Both the position numbers and the translations under genes were made by a program. The notes beneath the pieces are model-generated. The model worked only from the letters and a program-made list of their open reading frames with translations, did not search any database and was not told the DNA's origin. From Candidatus Latescibacterota bacterium (GTDB lineage: Bacteria > Latescibacterota > UBA2968 > SICM01), in NCBI GenBank assembly GCA_965217865.1, contig CBDCJO010000002.1, positions 2,368,001 to 2,432,000 on the forward strand: a stretch of 64,000 nucleotides of DNA. Reading direction: 5' to 3'. This document shows positions 10,091-21,039 of the stretch, one piece after another (within the stretch, counting starts at the first letter, position 1; each line of letters begins with the position of its first letter).

Positions 10091-12499
10091 TCACAGTATC
10101 CTCAAATCCTCCAGCATCCCTGACTTATCGGCATAGTATAGAAACGGGGGCCAGAATCGATAGGGCTCACACGCACCACCGCCCGCCCCCACGTGTGAAC
10201 CCTTGATTGGATCCCGCTGTACGATGGCCAATTCGAAGTTCAGAATCCCAAGTCTCATCCACTCCGGGTCACCGGTCTGTTCCCAGAGGTAACCCAGCGG
10301 CTCCAGAATGAAATCGCTCTCACCCGGTGCATAGTAGTTCCGACGCAGAATCGAAGTCTTGACGCCCAACCCCTCTGGCGTGAACAACCTCGTCTTGGCC
10401 TTCTCCATAGCAGGTACAAGGATGTTCCATGCCCGCTCGTTACCCGTCATGCGGTGATAATGCGTGAGCGCCTGACAGATCACACCCCTCCCGAGGATGC
10501 TCCCACCCATTTCACCCTCGACGATCGGGCCGAAGGCCGGGAAGACCATGTCACCGTCCTCCCTGATCCATTGTTCAAGCCAGTCCATGATCGCATCACA
10601 GGCCTTGACATATCGCTCGTTCGGGAAATACTCGTTCATTGTGGAGAGGGCGACCAGGGGCCACCCCTGTACGCGCTCGAGCTGTTTAATGCGATGCCGT
10701 CCTTCCTCGATGGCGGTGCAAAAATGATCAGCCCGCGCAATCGCCACCTCGCGGGCACGCTCGTACCCGGTGAGGAGATAGAACAGGAGCGGCCCCTCAA
10801 GCCATTGGTGGCACAATGTCGGTTGGCTGAACGCACCGTGTCTCACCTGGTGGTAGCGTTGGGAACCGACCCACCATCCATGGGATGCTTCATGATGGGT
10901 GTCCACATCGATCATGTGGTGGATCATCATCTCGATCGAACCGAAAGGGCGCGGGTAACCTGTCCTGAGCATATAAAGCAGCATGGCCCCCGGGAAGTCC
11001 ATCTCATTGTTCTGCCACTGACCCCCTCGACCTGGGTTCCAGTAGTCCCCAAAGTCCAGAAAAGTAGAGCCTCGCCAGGCCGATCCCGCCCCTCCGAACC
11101 AACCCTCGAAGATCCGACGGAACATGAACTCCATCCAAGGGTATTTCGTGGTATTGTATTCGAAGATGGGTCCGAACACCTCCGTCTTCTGAAGCCAGTT
11201 CGAATCCCCGTAGGTGGGTGCGACGGGCTCCTCCATAGCCAGAACCTGGCGCTTATAGGCCAGAACCGCCTCCCGGTCCTCCAGTTCCGATCCCTCTGAC
11301 ACCATCAGGTTGAGTTCGTGCGTCTTAGCCGTGCCCCTCCAGAGTTCAAGAGGGACGTTCTCGAAGTTCCAGTAGAGGTTCAGTGCGATATCGGCTCCAT
11401 CGACCTCGATCTTCTTCGGGGCTTGAGGATAAAAGTTTCGGCAGGTCAGGCTCACCCGAATCCCGTCGCCGCATATGAGCCCGGAACCCACAATCGGATA
11501 CAACAGGCTCGATCCTCCGATCTTCTCCTCGACCCCGTCCCCGAACCGTATCGAACACTTATCGCCCGCCCGTCGCTCCATCGTATGGTTGATCTCAGGG
11601 AGACGGTCCTTGCACCCGACGTGGGGGCCAAGAATTTCAGCCGAATACTTTGTCTCGGGAATAGGAACGGTCTTGATCGAAAGGCCCACACGGCCATTCC
11701 TGGTAGGATGGATGCTGTCATTCAGGCATTGACCGATCATGTAACCGACGCCGATCTTCTCCAGGGTTGTGGGAATGTGAAAGGAGAGATCGTCCACATA
11801 CACGTCCCGGCCCTCCAGGTTGGTGATCGTGTGAAAAATTCTCAGAAATGGCTTCCCTGCGAACGCATAGACACGCGTGGTGAGATCAAGACACGCCGAG
11901 CCGTCATCCGCAACGAATTTGCCGTCGCATCGGACAACAGCCCGAAACGGATTTCGCTCCTCGACACTAACGCTGACGGAATCTCCCTTCGCGGAAAAGG
12001 TTTTCTTTCCCTCCGTCATCTTGCAAAAAGGGACTCCTTCCGCCAGTAGTGAACGACCCCTGTAAGTCAGCTCGTCAAAAGGCATGTGTCCGCCGAACCT
12101 GAATATCACCCTCAGATCGCCGCTGTCGACGATCACCTCACCGCCTGTTTCGACCAGTTTGACAGCCCGGGAGGGATCTACGGCAGGCCTGACTTGAGGG
12201 CCGAATTGAAGCGACAGTTCCTTCCTCTCGTTGCCTTTCAGATCCACCTGGAAATCCAGCAAGATCCACCGGATGCTGCCGTCATCCCAACTCGTCGTGA
12301 CCTTACCGATGACCGGCAGTTCCCGATCGCCATCCCGCAGGCAGATATGACATTCACTGTGCAGTGCGCCTTTGGGGAACGGGACGCCCATCGTGATCGG
12401 CCACTGCTTCCGATTGACCGCCGACGGTTCCCACAGTAGAAGCGGAACCTGGCCTTCTTGATCGGAACTTGAAAACATAGCTTCTCCTTTAGAGAACAC
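10091..12499 (-). CDS. PcRGLX/YetA-like protein, divergent paralog
   Basis: WPITMGVPFPKG, WDDGSIRWILLDFQ, GTAKTHE, LDFGD...WQNNEMD, HMIDVDT. Confidence 0.7.
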   Translation of the reverse strand: MFSKGEAMFSSSDQEGQVPLLLWEPSAVNRKQWPITMGVPFPKGALHSECHICLRDGDRELPVIGKVTTSWDDGSIRWILLDFQVDLKGNERKELSLQFGPQVRPAVDPSRAVKLVETGGEVIVDSGDLRVIFRFGGHMPFDELTYRGRSLLAEGVPFCKMTEGKKTFSAKGDSVSVSVEERNPFRAVVRCDGKFVADDGSACLDLTTRVYAFAGKPFLRIFHTITNLEGRDVYVDDLSFHIPTTLEKIGVGYMIGQCLNDSIHPTRNGRVGLSIKTVPIPETKYSAEILGPHVGCKDRLPEINHTMERRAGDKCSIRFGDGVEEKIGGSSLLYPIVGSGLICGDGIRVSLTCRNFYPQAPKKIEVDGADIALNLYWNFENVPLELWRGTAKTHELNLMVSEGSELEDREAVLAYKRQVLAMEEPVAPTYGDSNWLQKTEVFGPIFEYNTTKYPWMEFMFRRIFEGWFGGAGSAWRGSTFLDFGDYWNPGRGGQWQNNEMDFPGAMLLYMLRTGYPRPFGSIEMMIHHMIDVDTHHEASHGWWVGSQRYHQVRHGAFSQPTLCHQWLEGPLLFYLLTGYERAREVAIARADHFCTAIEEGRHRIKQLERVQGWPLVALSTMNEYFPNERYVKACDAIMDWLEQWIREDGDMVFPAFGPIVEGEMGGSILGRGVICQALTHYHRMTGNERAWNILVPAMEKAKTRLFTPEGLGVKTSILRRNYYAPGESDFILEPLGYLWEQTGDPEWMRLGILNFELAIVQRDPIKGSHVGAGGGACEPYRFWPPFLYYADKSGMLEDLRIL

Positions 12500-12575
12500 T
12501 TCAGGTTAGCCCCGAGTTGGAACAACGAGCGAAGCACGAACACAGCGAGTCAGTGGTGGAAGGTTCTGTATTTGA

Positions 12576-12614
12576 TTTCAAATCTTCATTCTTCAATCTA
12601 CAATTCTCATTCTC
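12576..12614. repeat. Degenerate 7-bp tandem repeat
   Basis: TTCAAATC-TTCATTC-TTCAATC-TACAATT-CTCATTC. Confidence 0.7.
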
Positions 12615-12616
12615 CT

Positions 12617-15358
12617 CTATCCGTCCTTCAACACCGATAACCGAACCTTGACCCCTTCGGGATTCGAGACCGCAACCGGGACATCCCGCAGCGCCTCGGG
12701 TAGGGAAAGTGAGTAGTCCAAGCCTTCGGTTTTCCGTTCCCACGAAACCTTCACGAGACCGTGTGGGGTGGTCAGTGTTGCGGCCAGTCGCTCAAGTCCG
12801 GACGCGTGCGGGTCTACCCCGATCCTCCGGTAACCGGGCTCTAGCGGAAAGAACCCCGCGAGATATCGCGAAAAAAGAAAAACGGGCGAGCTCGAAGTGC
12901 CTTGGCACTGAGAGGCGTCGTCTTCCCAGACTTCCCAGAAAGTCGTGGCGCCGGCGTCCAGCATATTCCCGAAGCCCCGCTTCAGCCAACCAAGCGCGAG
13001 CTCATCGCATCCCGCCTCGAATAGGGCTGAGGCGGCCTGCCTCGAAAAGTGTGCGGATGCGGGGAGGATGCGGATGTCCGTCCGGTTCGCGAAGGCGTTC
13101 TTCATGATCTCCTGCCTCTTCTCCTCCGGGGCCACCCCGAACTTTACGGCCAGGGCATTCCCGGTCTGGCTGTAGAGTCGTTCTGCCAGCGGGTTGTCGA
13201 TTCCATCGCGATACATCCCCTCCTCCTCATCGAACAGATGCGTGTTGATGGCCTCGCGCAGCGCACTTGCGATCGAACCGTACTCCTCTGTTTCCTCAAC
13301 CCGTCCCAGAAATTTGGCCATCTCCTGCGCTTTGACCAAGGCCCCGTGATAATAACTGTTCATCGTTGTCAGGACACCGATTGCCTGCTCCTTCTTTCCG
13401 CCTGAGTAGGAGTAGAGGTGAGATCCCCAGTCCACGAACAGCGTATCCAAATTGGCGATCAACCCGTCGCGCGTCCGGTGCCGTTCCCAGTGGCGGATCA
13501 TCCGTCCAATCGTATCAAGGAGGTAATGCGCGAAGGTCTCGTCGCCGGTATGCATAAAGTGTCGCCATGCCCCGACCACGAAAAGGGACATATGACATTG
13601 CAGCGGCTGGCGCGGAAACCAGCGCCCGGGGGCGTATCCCGCCAGCTGGCCATCCTCCTGTTGGGTGATGGTGAACTCTTGAAGAGCCCTGCCGGGGCTC
13701 GAATATTCCCCGAACGCGTAATAACCCCCCGCCACGTTTCCCACCGTGCAGTCCATCCACTGGGCGTGCTCCCGCTCAGGATTGTCCATGTAAATCTCAC
13801 AACAATTCAGAACCGATGTTCGCCGTGCGACTTCCCAAATCCGGTCCACCAGAGGATCGTCCGTCTCGAACGTGACCTCAGGGGCTTCGAGATAAACTTT
13901 CTCTTCCAGCGCAATCCCGGAGACCGTCACGTCCCCGTTAAAACCCTCGAAGATCAATTGCAAATGTCGAAATGTCCGCGCCTCGAAAGCAAGGTAATCG
14001 CAGTCTCCGGCCGGAACTTCCAGAATATCGACCGCGTTTTCAAACATCTTGGAACAATTGAGGTAATTATCCCGATAGTCGAACCCGTATGCCAAGATCA
14101 ACCGTCCAGGAGATTCCGCCTCCACACGAAGGTGTAATGTCCCGGCGACGACGTCCCCGAAATCCACAACCGCGAATGGCAACCCTTCCCCTCCTTTCGG
14201 CACCCTTACCGAGTCCCCCCTGACCACAATATTGTCGTCTCCTCCCAATCGCACGTGAGAGCTGATCTTTTCAGCCAGAGAAAGCTCCTGCACCTCCACC
14301 GGAATGGTTTCTCCATCCACCTCCCATCCCTCTGGATCGATCACGCCCCGGAATCCCAGCCGTAAAGTTTGCCACTCCATCTCGTGGTAAAGGCCGAGCC
14401 GGGGGTGAACTTCGATCTCCAGCCGGTTGGCTCCCCGGGCTGTCTTCGCCCCGCCGGCTGGAATCATAAAACAGGGAAGGCTCATACATTCCGGTTTGTA
14501 CACGACCTGATTCTCATAGACCGTTCCTCCATTCAGATCGATCCGGTGCGCGATCCGGGCCGAAGTCGAGATGTCCAGCTGGTCCTCTTCCGAACAGTCA
14601 AACCGCTTCGTCAGGACGATCGGTTCGTTCGATCCGCGTCGATCGGCGATCTCCTTGAGGTTGAAGACCATGGCCGATTCAATAGAAAGACATCGTCCCT
14701 TGTCCATCGTCTGGATGGGTGCGTAGATATCCTCTCTTTTGGGCCTGTCGCGCCACTCATAGACAGAAAGCTTCTCGGCCAACCCCTCCTCTAAAACCTT
14801 TGCGGGCCCGAACTGGAGTTTTCGACTGAAACCCGAAAGGCGGGCTTCGTCTCGTGGGGCCAACCGAACTTTCTCAAAGATGATCGTCCCGTTTCCCCCG
14901 ATCGCGATCAGCTCTCGCCACCCTTCGATGACAGCGATTTCCCACGATCTGTCGGTGGCCAGTGAGACCTTGCCTTCCTCGCAGGAGACGGATGCTTCCA
15001 GAATCATTCCGGGGTGAAAAGGCCGGTAGTTTTTATTCAGGAAGGGATCGCTGCGCACAACGGCCTCGACGGTGTTTTCGCCAGATCGAAACCAGGTCCC
15101 CGCGTCGTCGACCGTGTCCGAGAAGAGGTACTGGTCCCCGGAGAAAAAGCCTCTCCGGCTCTTAACCAATCCACCATTCACAAAAAGATCGTAGTGACGA
15201 TCTACCGCCAGTTGAACCCTCGCCTGGTGGACCGCCCCGGGAAGATCGATGACCTTCCGAGCAACCCAGTAGATCGGGGCTTTCGCCGTCTCAATCCAAT
15301 CAACCGGAATATCCGGTCCTATCCAATTCCCCGTCTGGAAGGTTGAGGTCTGGAGCAT
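12617..15358 (-). CDS. Alpha-L-rhamnosidase (GH78-like)
   Basis: VVDFG, YMDNPEREHAQW, GATTFWEVW, PGYRRI...TPHGLVKVSW. Confidence 0.85.
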   Translation of the reverse strand: MLQTSTFQTGNWIGPDIPVDWIETAKAPIYWVARKVIDLPGAVHQARVQLAVDRHYDLFVNGGLVKSRRGFFSGDQYLFSDTVDDAGTWFRSGENTVEAVVRSDPFLNKNYRPFHPGMILEASVSCEEGKVSLATDRSWEIAVIEGWRELIAIGGNGTIIFEKVRLAPRDEARLSGFSRKLQFGPAKVLEEGLAEKLSVYEWRDRPKREDIYAPIQTMDKGRCLSIESAMVFNLKEIADRRGSNEPIVLTKRFDCSEEDQLDISTSARIAHRIDLNGGTVYENQVVYKPECMSLPCFMIPAGGAKTARGANRLEIEVHPRLGLYHEMEWQTLRLGFRGVIDPEGWEVDGETIPVEVQELSLAEKISSHVRLGGDDNIVVRGDSVRVPKGGEGLPFAVVDFGDVVAGTLHLRVEAESPGRLILAYGFDYRDNYLNCSKMFENAVDILEVPAGDCDYLAFEARTFRHLQLIFEGFNGDVTVSGIALEEKVYLEAPEVTFETDDPLVDRIWEVARRTSVLNCCEIYMDNPEREHAQWMDCTVGNVAGGYYAFGEYSSPGRALQEFTITQQEDGQLAGYAPGRWFPRQPLQCHMSLFVVGAWRHFMHTGDETFAHYLLDTIGRMIRHWERHRTRDGLIANLDTLFVDWGSHLYSYSGGKKEQAIGVLTTMNSYYHGALVKAQEMAKFLGRVEETEEYGSIASALREAINTHLFDEEEGMYRDGIDNPLAERLYSQTGNALAVKFGVAPEEKRQEIMKNAFANRTDIRILPASAHFSRQAASALFEAGCDELALGWLKRGFGNMLDAGATTFWEVWEDDASQCQGTSSSPVFLFSRYLAGFFPLEPGYRRIGVDPHASGLERLAATLTTPHGLVKVSWERKTEGLDYSLSLPEALRDVPVAVSNPEGVKVRLSVLKDG

Positions 15359-15378
15359 CTTCCGCCTCCTTAGGTTCT

Positions 15379-16713
15379 TTAAATTTCAACGAACGAATAA
15401 CGAAGAATAAGTAAAACCCCGAGCAGGTAGATCAACCAGCTTACATCTCTTCCCTTTCCGCTGAGGAGCTTCAACGCGGGATAGGAGATAAACCCGAATG
15501 CCAGGCCGTGTGCGATGTTGTACGTCAATGGCATCCCGACGATCGTCAAAAACGCCGGGACGGCCTCGCTCAAATCCGTCCAATCGATCTGAAGAATGCT
15601 TCGGGCCATCATGCATCCGACGAGGATCATCACCGCGGCTGTAACCGGATAGAGCACCCTATCGGGCGAAATTCTGTATCCGCCTCCGATCATCTCTACG
15701 ATGGGAATGAAGAACAGTGCCAGCAGGAATAAAAACCCCGTCATCATATTCGCAAGTCCAGTCCGACCCCCTTCCGCAACGCCTGCGGTGCTTTCGATGT
15801 AACTTGTGACCGTTGAGGTACCCATTGCCGCGCCGACTGACGTTCCGATCGCATCCGACATCAAGATCCGCCCCGCCCTGGGTATTTTCCCGTCTTTCAG
15901 AAATCCCGCCTGTGCACTCACCCCGATCATCGTACCTACGGTATCGAACAGAACCATGTAGAGAAAAATAAAAATGACCGTGGGATAAGCCAGGGCGCCG
16001 AGAATGTCCATCTTCAAGAACGTGGGGGCCATCGAAGGAGGGGAGCTGACAAACCCGTGAAACTCCACAAGTCCTAACGGTAGACCGAGGATCGCAGTCG
16101 CCAGCAGGCCCAGCAGAATCGCGCCCTTGACCTTCCGTATCAACAAAACCGACGTGATGCACAGTCCCGCCAAGGCCAGGATAACCGGGGGTTGTTTGAC
16201 ATCCCCCAGCGCGACCAGGCTGTCTGGATGACCGACCACAATTCCGGCCTGCTGTAAACCGATGAAGGCAATAAAGACTCCGATGGCTGCGCCGATGGCA
16301 TGCTGCAGAGAAGGCGGAACCGCTTCAACGACCATCTCCCTGAGGCGAACGACTGACAGTGCAAAAAAAGCGATGCCTGAGATAAACACCGCACCCAGCG
16401 CAACCTGCCAGGAGACCCCCATCCCAAGAACAACCGTGAAGGTAAAGAAGAAATTCTGACCCATCCCCGGGGCCAGGGCGATGGGATAGTTTGCAAAAAT
16501 GCCCATGATAAAAATAGCGACTGCACTCGAGATACACGTCGCTGCCATGACGGCCCCAAAGTCCATCCCCGCCTGGGAGAGGATGGCGGGTTGGACGAAA
16601 ATGATATAGCTCATCGTGAGGAAGGTTGCGAGGCCTGCGCGCAGCTCTACGCGAACCGTGGTTCCCGATTCCCGAAGACGAAAAAGTCGCTCAAGCCATT
16701 CAAGGGACTTCAT
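15379..16713 (-). CDS. NCS2 (AzgA/PbuG-like) purine permease
   Basis: GLATFLTMSYI, ALAPGMG, FDTVGT, YIESTAGVAEGGRTGL; many TM helices. Confidence 0.92.
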   Translation of the reverse strand: MKSLEWLERLFRLRESGTTVRVELRAGLATFLTMSYIIFVQPAILSQAGMDFGAVMAATCISSAVAIFIMGIFANYPIALAPGMGQNFFFTFTVVLGMGVSWQVALGAVFISGIAFFALSVVRLREMVVEAVPPSLQHAIGAAIGVFIAFIGLQQAGIVVGHPDSLVALGDVKQPPVILALAGLCITSVLLIRKVKGAILLGLLATAILGLPLGLVEFHGFVSSPPSMAPTFLKMDILGALAYPTVIFIFLYMVLFDTVGTMIGVSAQAGFLKDGKIPRAGRILMSDAIGTSVGAAMGTSTVTSYIESTAGVAEGGRTGLANMMTGFLFLLALFFIPIVEMIGGGYRISPDRVLYPVTAAVMILVGCMMARSILQIDWTDLSEAVPAFLTIVGMPLTYNIAHGLAFGFISYPALKLLSGKGRDVSWLIYLLGVLLILRYSFVEI

Positions 16714-17699
16714 TTTTCATTTTCCGCTTCGACAGCCTTCATCAGCGCCTTCATGTATCCCAGCGCATGCGCCATGCCTCGATGGCGGAACTGGGTATCC
16801 CCCGCCACACGGGGGCTGTGATCGGGGATCATCACCCCCCCGAACCCCACCTCTTTATAAGCCCGCATGGCTTCGAGCATGTCCACGTCACCCTCATCGA
16901 TGAAAACCTCGTCGAACTTCGGGAACCTTCCTCTGACGTTCCGAAAATGCACGTAGAAGATCTTCTTCAACCCTCCGAAGTATCGAATGGCATCAATCGC
17001 GCGATCCGGGCCCATTTCCGCGACCGTACCCTGACAAAACTCCAGCCCGTTGTTTGGACTCGGGACCGTTTCGACCAACCGCTTCAATCCCTCGTGGCTG
17101 TTCAGAATCCTGGCGGTCCCCCTCAACTCGTCGGAGGGGGGATCGTCCGGATGCATGGCGAGCTTAACCCCGGCCTTTTCCGCCGCCGGAACGATCCTTT
17201 CCAAAAAGGTGGTCAAACGATCCCACATCTCCGCCTTGCTCACAGGACCGGTTTCAACGACCGGTGCATTCTTGACCAGATCGTAGTCGAAACTTTTGAT
17301 CCCCGCCCCACCGCGTCCTCCCCCGCTCTCGTAGGACCGCCAGTGCCCCCAGACCCCCGCGATGCTGAAGTAGTAACCCAAAACCGGAAACCCAGCACGA
17401 CCCATGTTGTCGATCGTCTCACAGACCTTATCGATCTGCTCATCGCGGCCCGGAGTTGCGTGGAGAATCTTGTCCCAATGATCCGCCGGCAGGTTCTCAA
17501 TCCCTCCCACCTCAAGTCCGTAGGCCTCGATGCGCTTCCGGAGCCGCAGCAGTTCCATATACTCGAGGACCCCATCTTCTCCCAGACGAGGCCCCCCTAT
17601 GATGATGTGGGTCACCCCCAGTTGCTTGGCGTAGCGAAGATTCTCGTCCGTCTGATCATTCAAGCCCAAACCGAGACCAAGTTTGAGACCAAGTTTCAT
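16710..17699 (-). CDS. uxuA: Mannonate dehydratase family protein
   Basis: LAMHPDDPP, NGLEFCQGT, VHFRNV, EGDVDM, PDHSP. Confidence 0.85.
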   Translation of the reverse strand: MKLGLKLGLGLGLNDQTDENLRYAKQLGVTHIIIGGPRLGEDGVLEYMELLRLRKRIEAYGLEVGGIENLPADHWDKILHATPGRDEQIDKVCETIDNMGRAGFPVLGYYFSIAGVWGHWRSYESGGGRGGAGIKSFDYDLVKNAPVVETGPVSKAEMWDRLTTFLERIVPAAEKAGVKLAMHPDDPPSDELRGTARILNSHEGLKRLVETVPSPNNGLEFCQGTVAEMGPDRAIDAIRYFGGLKKIFYVHFRNVRGRFPKFDEVFIDEGDVDMLEAMRAYKEVGFGGVMIPDHSPRVAGDTQFRHRGMAHALGYMKALMKAVEAENEK

Positions 17700-17808
17700 G
17701 TTTCACATCCGCAAGTTTTCGAAAAAAGCGTTCGACAGTCTGACTTCCACACGACATTCATCGACTTTGCATTATCCATTTTGCATTTTTCACTTCCTTT
17801 TTCTCTTC

Positions 17809-18621
17809 TCACCATATACTCCATCCGCCATCCACCACGATATCCTGTCCCGTTACGTACTTAGATGCGTCGGAAGCGAGATAAACAACAGCCCCTTTTA
17901 AATCGTCCTCCTCCCCAGTCCGACCAAGCGGCGTCCGGTCATTCCATCGTCGGATAAACTCATCCTTTTTTTCTCCCATTCTTTTGGCCAATCTTGCGAC
18001 GATAAATGCCCCGGGGCTAATGCTGTTCACTCGTACTTGATGACGTCCCCAGGCCGTGGCCAGCCCCCGGGTCATCATCTTCAGCCCCCCCTTAGCGACA
18101 CTGTAAATAACGTTCTCAAGAGGTGGTTCGGGCGGATCCACATAAAGCCTTCCGTCCGTCCCCAGCGAGGCGTTGACGGAGGTGATATTGATGATGCTGC
18201 CCCGTCGTCTTGCGATCATGTGCCGGCCCGAAGTCTGAGCGCAGTAAAAGGCGCCCGTCAGATTCCGGTCAATCCCTTCATGCCAGACCTCCGGGCTTAA
18301 CGTAAGCGTGTCCCCTGGATTCGATCCTCCCGCATTATTGACCAGGATATCGATCTGACCCCACGCCCGGATAACCGCCTCCACCGCTTCCTCCACCTCC
18401 GCCTTGACCCCGACGTCCAGTCGCAGCCCCAGGGTTCTGGCACCTGTCGCCTCTTTCAGCACTTCTGCCTGAGTGCGACAGAGCTCCTCCCGTCGGGAGG
18501 CCAGGGCGACCGCGGCCCCGGCCTCAGCCAGAGCGGTCGCCATCTGAAATCCCAGCCCGGTCGCCCCCCCCGTGACCAGAGCGGTCCTGTCCGAAAGGTC
18601 GAAAAGTTCCCGAACGTCCAC
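17809..18621 (-). CDS. SDR oxidoreductase (gluconate 5-dehydrogenase-like)
   Basis: TGGATGLG, NNAG, YSVAK, YVTGQDIVVDGG. Confidence 0.9.
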   Translation of the reverse strand: MDVRELFDLSDRTALVTGGATGLGFQMATALAEAGAAVALASRREELCRTQAEVLKEATGARTLGLRLDVGVKAEVEEAVEAVIRAWGQIDILVNNAGGSNPGDTLTLSPEVWHEGIDRNLTGAFYCAQTSGRHMIARRRGSIINITSVNASLGTDGRLYVDPPEPPLENVIYSVAKGGLKMMTRGLATAWGRHQVRVNSISPGAFIVARLAKRMGEKKDEFIRRWNDRTPLGRTGEEDDLKGAVVYLASDASKYVTGQDIVVDGGWSIW

Positions 18622-18838
18622 GACTCCCCCAACCTCCTCGCTACCATTTTCGGATTTAAGATTGCGAATCTCGGATAATATCTTCGGTGAAACCCTAAAT
18701 CACATGCGAGCCCGCCCGCCTTCAGATCTGGTTCTCTTGAATTTTCAACTTCCGGTCCAGAATCAATCGATTTGTTTCTTTTTTCGTTTTCCGTTCACGA
18801 TTTCACGTTTGACTCTTTTTTCAATCCCAATCTACAAT

Positions 18839-20578
18839 TTATCCATTCGTGTGTCCGCTGTAACGCCGATCCGTGACCATACCCGCCACGCTTTTCAGCG
18901 GGATCCGGTCGAAGTGGTCTCGCAGATCAAGAGGCCAGTCGTTCAGGAATTGGACGTGACCCAATCGGCTCGAAGTGAACCATTCACTCTTTCGGTATAT
19001 ACGGCTCTCTACGTCCCAGTACGCCAGTCCGTCCGCTCCCGCGTCGTAGAGCTCCTGTGCCCTTTTCAGATAGACATATCCCGGCATTCGCCTCGGATAT
19101 ACATCGGAGTAGAGCTTGACCCCCGCCGTACGGGCAGCAGGTTTCAGTTCCTCCAATACGCGCTCCACGCTCTGGTCCTCGTCCGGAAACGGAAGCTCAT
19201 GGTAGTTGGTGGGATGGATGATGAGAAAATCGACAAGCCCTTCCCGCATCCACGTCTCTACATCGATTCCGAAATAGAGACGGCTCCGGGTCGTACCCAT
19301 AACCATGTGCCCGATCCCGATTCGACGTCCCTGCCCTCCGCCAACCTCGTCCATCTCTTTCCGGAGTTCACGCATCAGCTTCGTCAGGTATCCGGCCTTG
19401 TGTCTGCACCACGTCTCGTCATAAGGGTTAAGCTTGGCGCGATCCACCTTGTTCTTTCCCCGGTACTTTTCCCAGACCTCGAACAGGACCCACGGGTGCG
19501 ACCGGTTGAACATGATGGAGACCCCATCTGCCCCCGCCTCGGCCTGTTCCCGCAGGACACGGATCAATCTCTTGCGAACCTTCGGAAAGGCGAAACTCAA
19601 GTGTGGAATTGCCTGACCCTCCTGCGTGATGCAGCGAAGCTCCGGGTGCTTCCGGAAAAAAGGCCCCTCTCCGGTCAGATGATTGGGGGGCGGATGCGGG
19701 CCGGCCGGCCGATTGGTTGCATAGAACTTCAAACCATGTTCGTGGGTGCGGTCGATATAGACTCGGAGCATATCCAGCCCTTTCCTCCGCATCTCGGCCA
19801 GAACACCGGCCTGCATCGCGTAACCCTGATGATAAATCCCCCTCTTGACGCTCCGCATCTCCCCCACCTTGCTCGGATAATAGGTGATGTCGTATCGGGC
19901 CATTGTGCAGAGCACAATATCCACATCCGTACCCGCCAAAGGATCGATATCCTCCCACAGGTCCTCCTTGGATTGCGGCCACCAGGCCCCTGCCGAGGCC
20001 CCGTCGGTCACGGCGATCAGACGTTTTGTCTCCTCCGTCGGTGCCAAACTTTGAAGCCGGTCCAGGTCCTCCTTGGACAAGGGGACAAGCTTCACGTACG
20101 CAAGGCTTGAACAGCCCTCCTTCCCCGCGCTGCCTTTGGGATTCGGACGGGAGATGGTCAGATCTTTATCGGTCAGATCCACTGCTCGCCATAAGGTTTC
20201 CGCCAGCAAGCTGAAATTGATGTTCTGTTCCGAGTGGTTTCCGTCCTTCGGGCTGGTCGTTTCAGCCCGGACCCGGTCGAATGACTCATCTCCGGTCAGT
20301 TTCAGCCGAACGGTGTGTCCATTCGGGTCATCCGCATAGTAGAAGCCCAGGTAAACCGCGTGCCAGCCCGAAACCCCGAGCCTCAACGTCACTGGCGGGG
20401 GCTCAACCTGTGTGTTCGCATACAGGAGCTTTCCTTTTAGCTGTGTTCCTTTGTGATCTTGCGTCTCGTAATCCCACACCGACCAGCACCCCTTCCCGGC
20501 TTCAGGAGAAAGGGCGGACTTCGGCTCGCAGACGCTCAGGTCGGTCAGATAAATCGGTTTGGACTCTCCACGCTTCAT
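18839..20578 (-). CDS. Hypothetical TIM-barrel glycoside hydrolase-like protein (GHL10-like)
   Basis: HLSFAFPKVR...GADGV...DVETWMREGLVD...GADGLAYWD; start probably MKRGESK at 20578. Confidence 0.5.
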   Translation of the reverse strand: MKRGESKPIYLTDLSVCEPKSALSPEAGKGCWSVWDYETQDHKGTQLKGKLLYANTQVEPPPVTLRLGVSGWHAVYLGFYYADDPNGHTVRLKLTGDESFDRVRAETTSPKDGNHSEQNINFSLLAETLWRAVDLTDKDLTISRPNPKGSAGKEGCSSLAYVKLVPLSKEDLDRLQSLAPTEETKRLIAVTDGASAGAWWPQSKEDLWEDIDPLAGTDVDIVLCTMARYDITYYPSKVGEMRSVKRGIYHQGYAMQAGVLAEMRRKGLDMLRVYIDRTHEHGLKFYATNRPAGPHPPPNHLTGEGPFFRKHPELRCITQEGQAIPHLSFAFPKVRKRLIRVLREQAEAGADGVSIMFNRSHPWVLFEVWEKYRGKNKVDRAKLNPYDETWCRHKAGYLTKLMRELRKEMDEVGGGQGRRIGIGHMVMGTTRSRLYFGIDVETWMREGLVDFLIIHPTNYHELPFPDEDQSVERVLEELKPAARTAGVKLYSDVYPRRMPGYVYLKRAQELYDAGADGLAYWDVESRIYRKSEWFTSSRLGHVQFLNDWPLDLRDHFDRIPLKSVAGMVTDRRYSGHTNG

Positions 20579-20579
20579 A

Positions 20580-21032
20580 TCATTTTCCTCCCGGGGGTTG
20601 GAAAAGCTCCATCGTAATTCCGTCAGGATCTTCAAAGTAAATCCCCCACCCCCCCCTGTTTCTACCCTCTGTGATCTCGACCGGCAGTGAACGGAACTTC
20701 ACCCCCTGTTTATTCATCTCTTCATAAACCGATGGAAGATCGTGGACAAAAAATGCGATATGTGAACTGCCCGTGTTCTGGGTCCTGACGTCGGCTGAAG
20801 CACCGTACGGTTCTATGTATTCGATCAGTTCCAGGACGTGATCCGATCCGGAGATGCCCAAATGCGCCGCCTTCACATAACAATCGGAATGACCCACGAT
20901 ATCACGGAAGTATTGACTCTTGATCTCTCGTTGCCACAGTATCTCGAACCCGAGCAAGCCGGAATAGAAGTTCAAAGATCTCTCAAGATTGGAAACGGTA
21001 TAGCTCGTATGATGTGCGCCGGTTATCTTCAT
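20580..21032 (-). CDS. VOC/glyoxalase family protein
   Basis: HHTSYTVSNLERSLNFY, LELIEY, HIAF, YFEDPDGITMEL. Confidence 0.88.
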   Translation of the reverse strand: MKITGAHHTSYTVSNLERSLNFYSGLLGFEILWQREIKSQYFRDIVGHSDCYVKAAHLGISGSDHVLELIEYIEPYGASADVRTQNTGSSHIAFFVHDLPSVYEEMNKQGVKFRSLPVEITEGRNRGGWGIYFEDPDGITMELFQPPGGK

Positions 21033-21039
21033 GGTCCAC

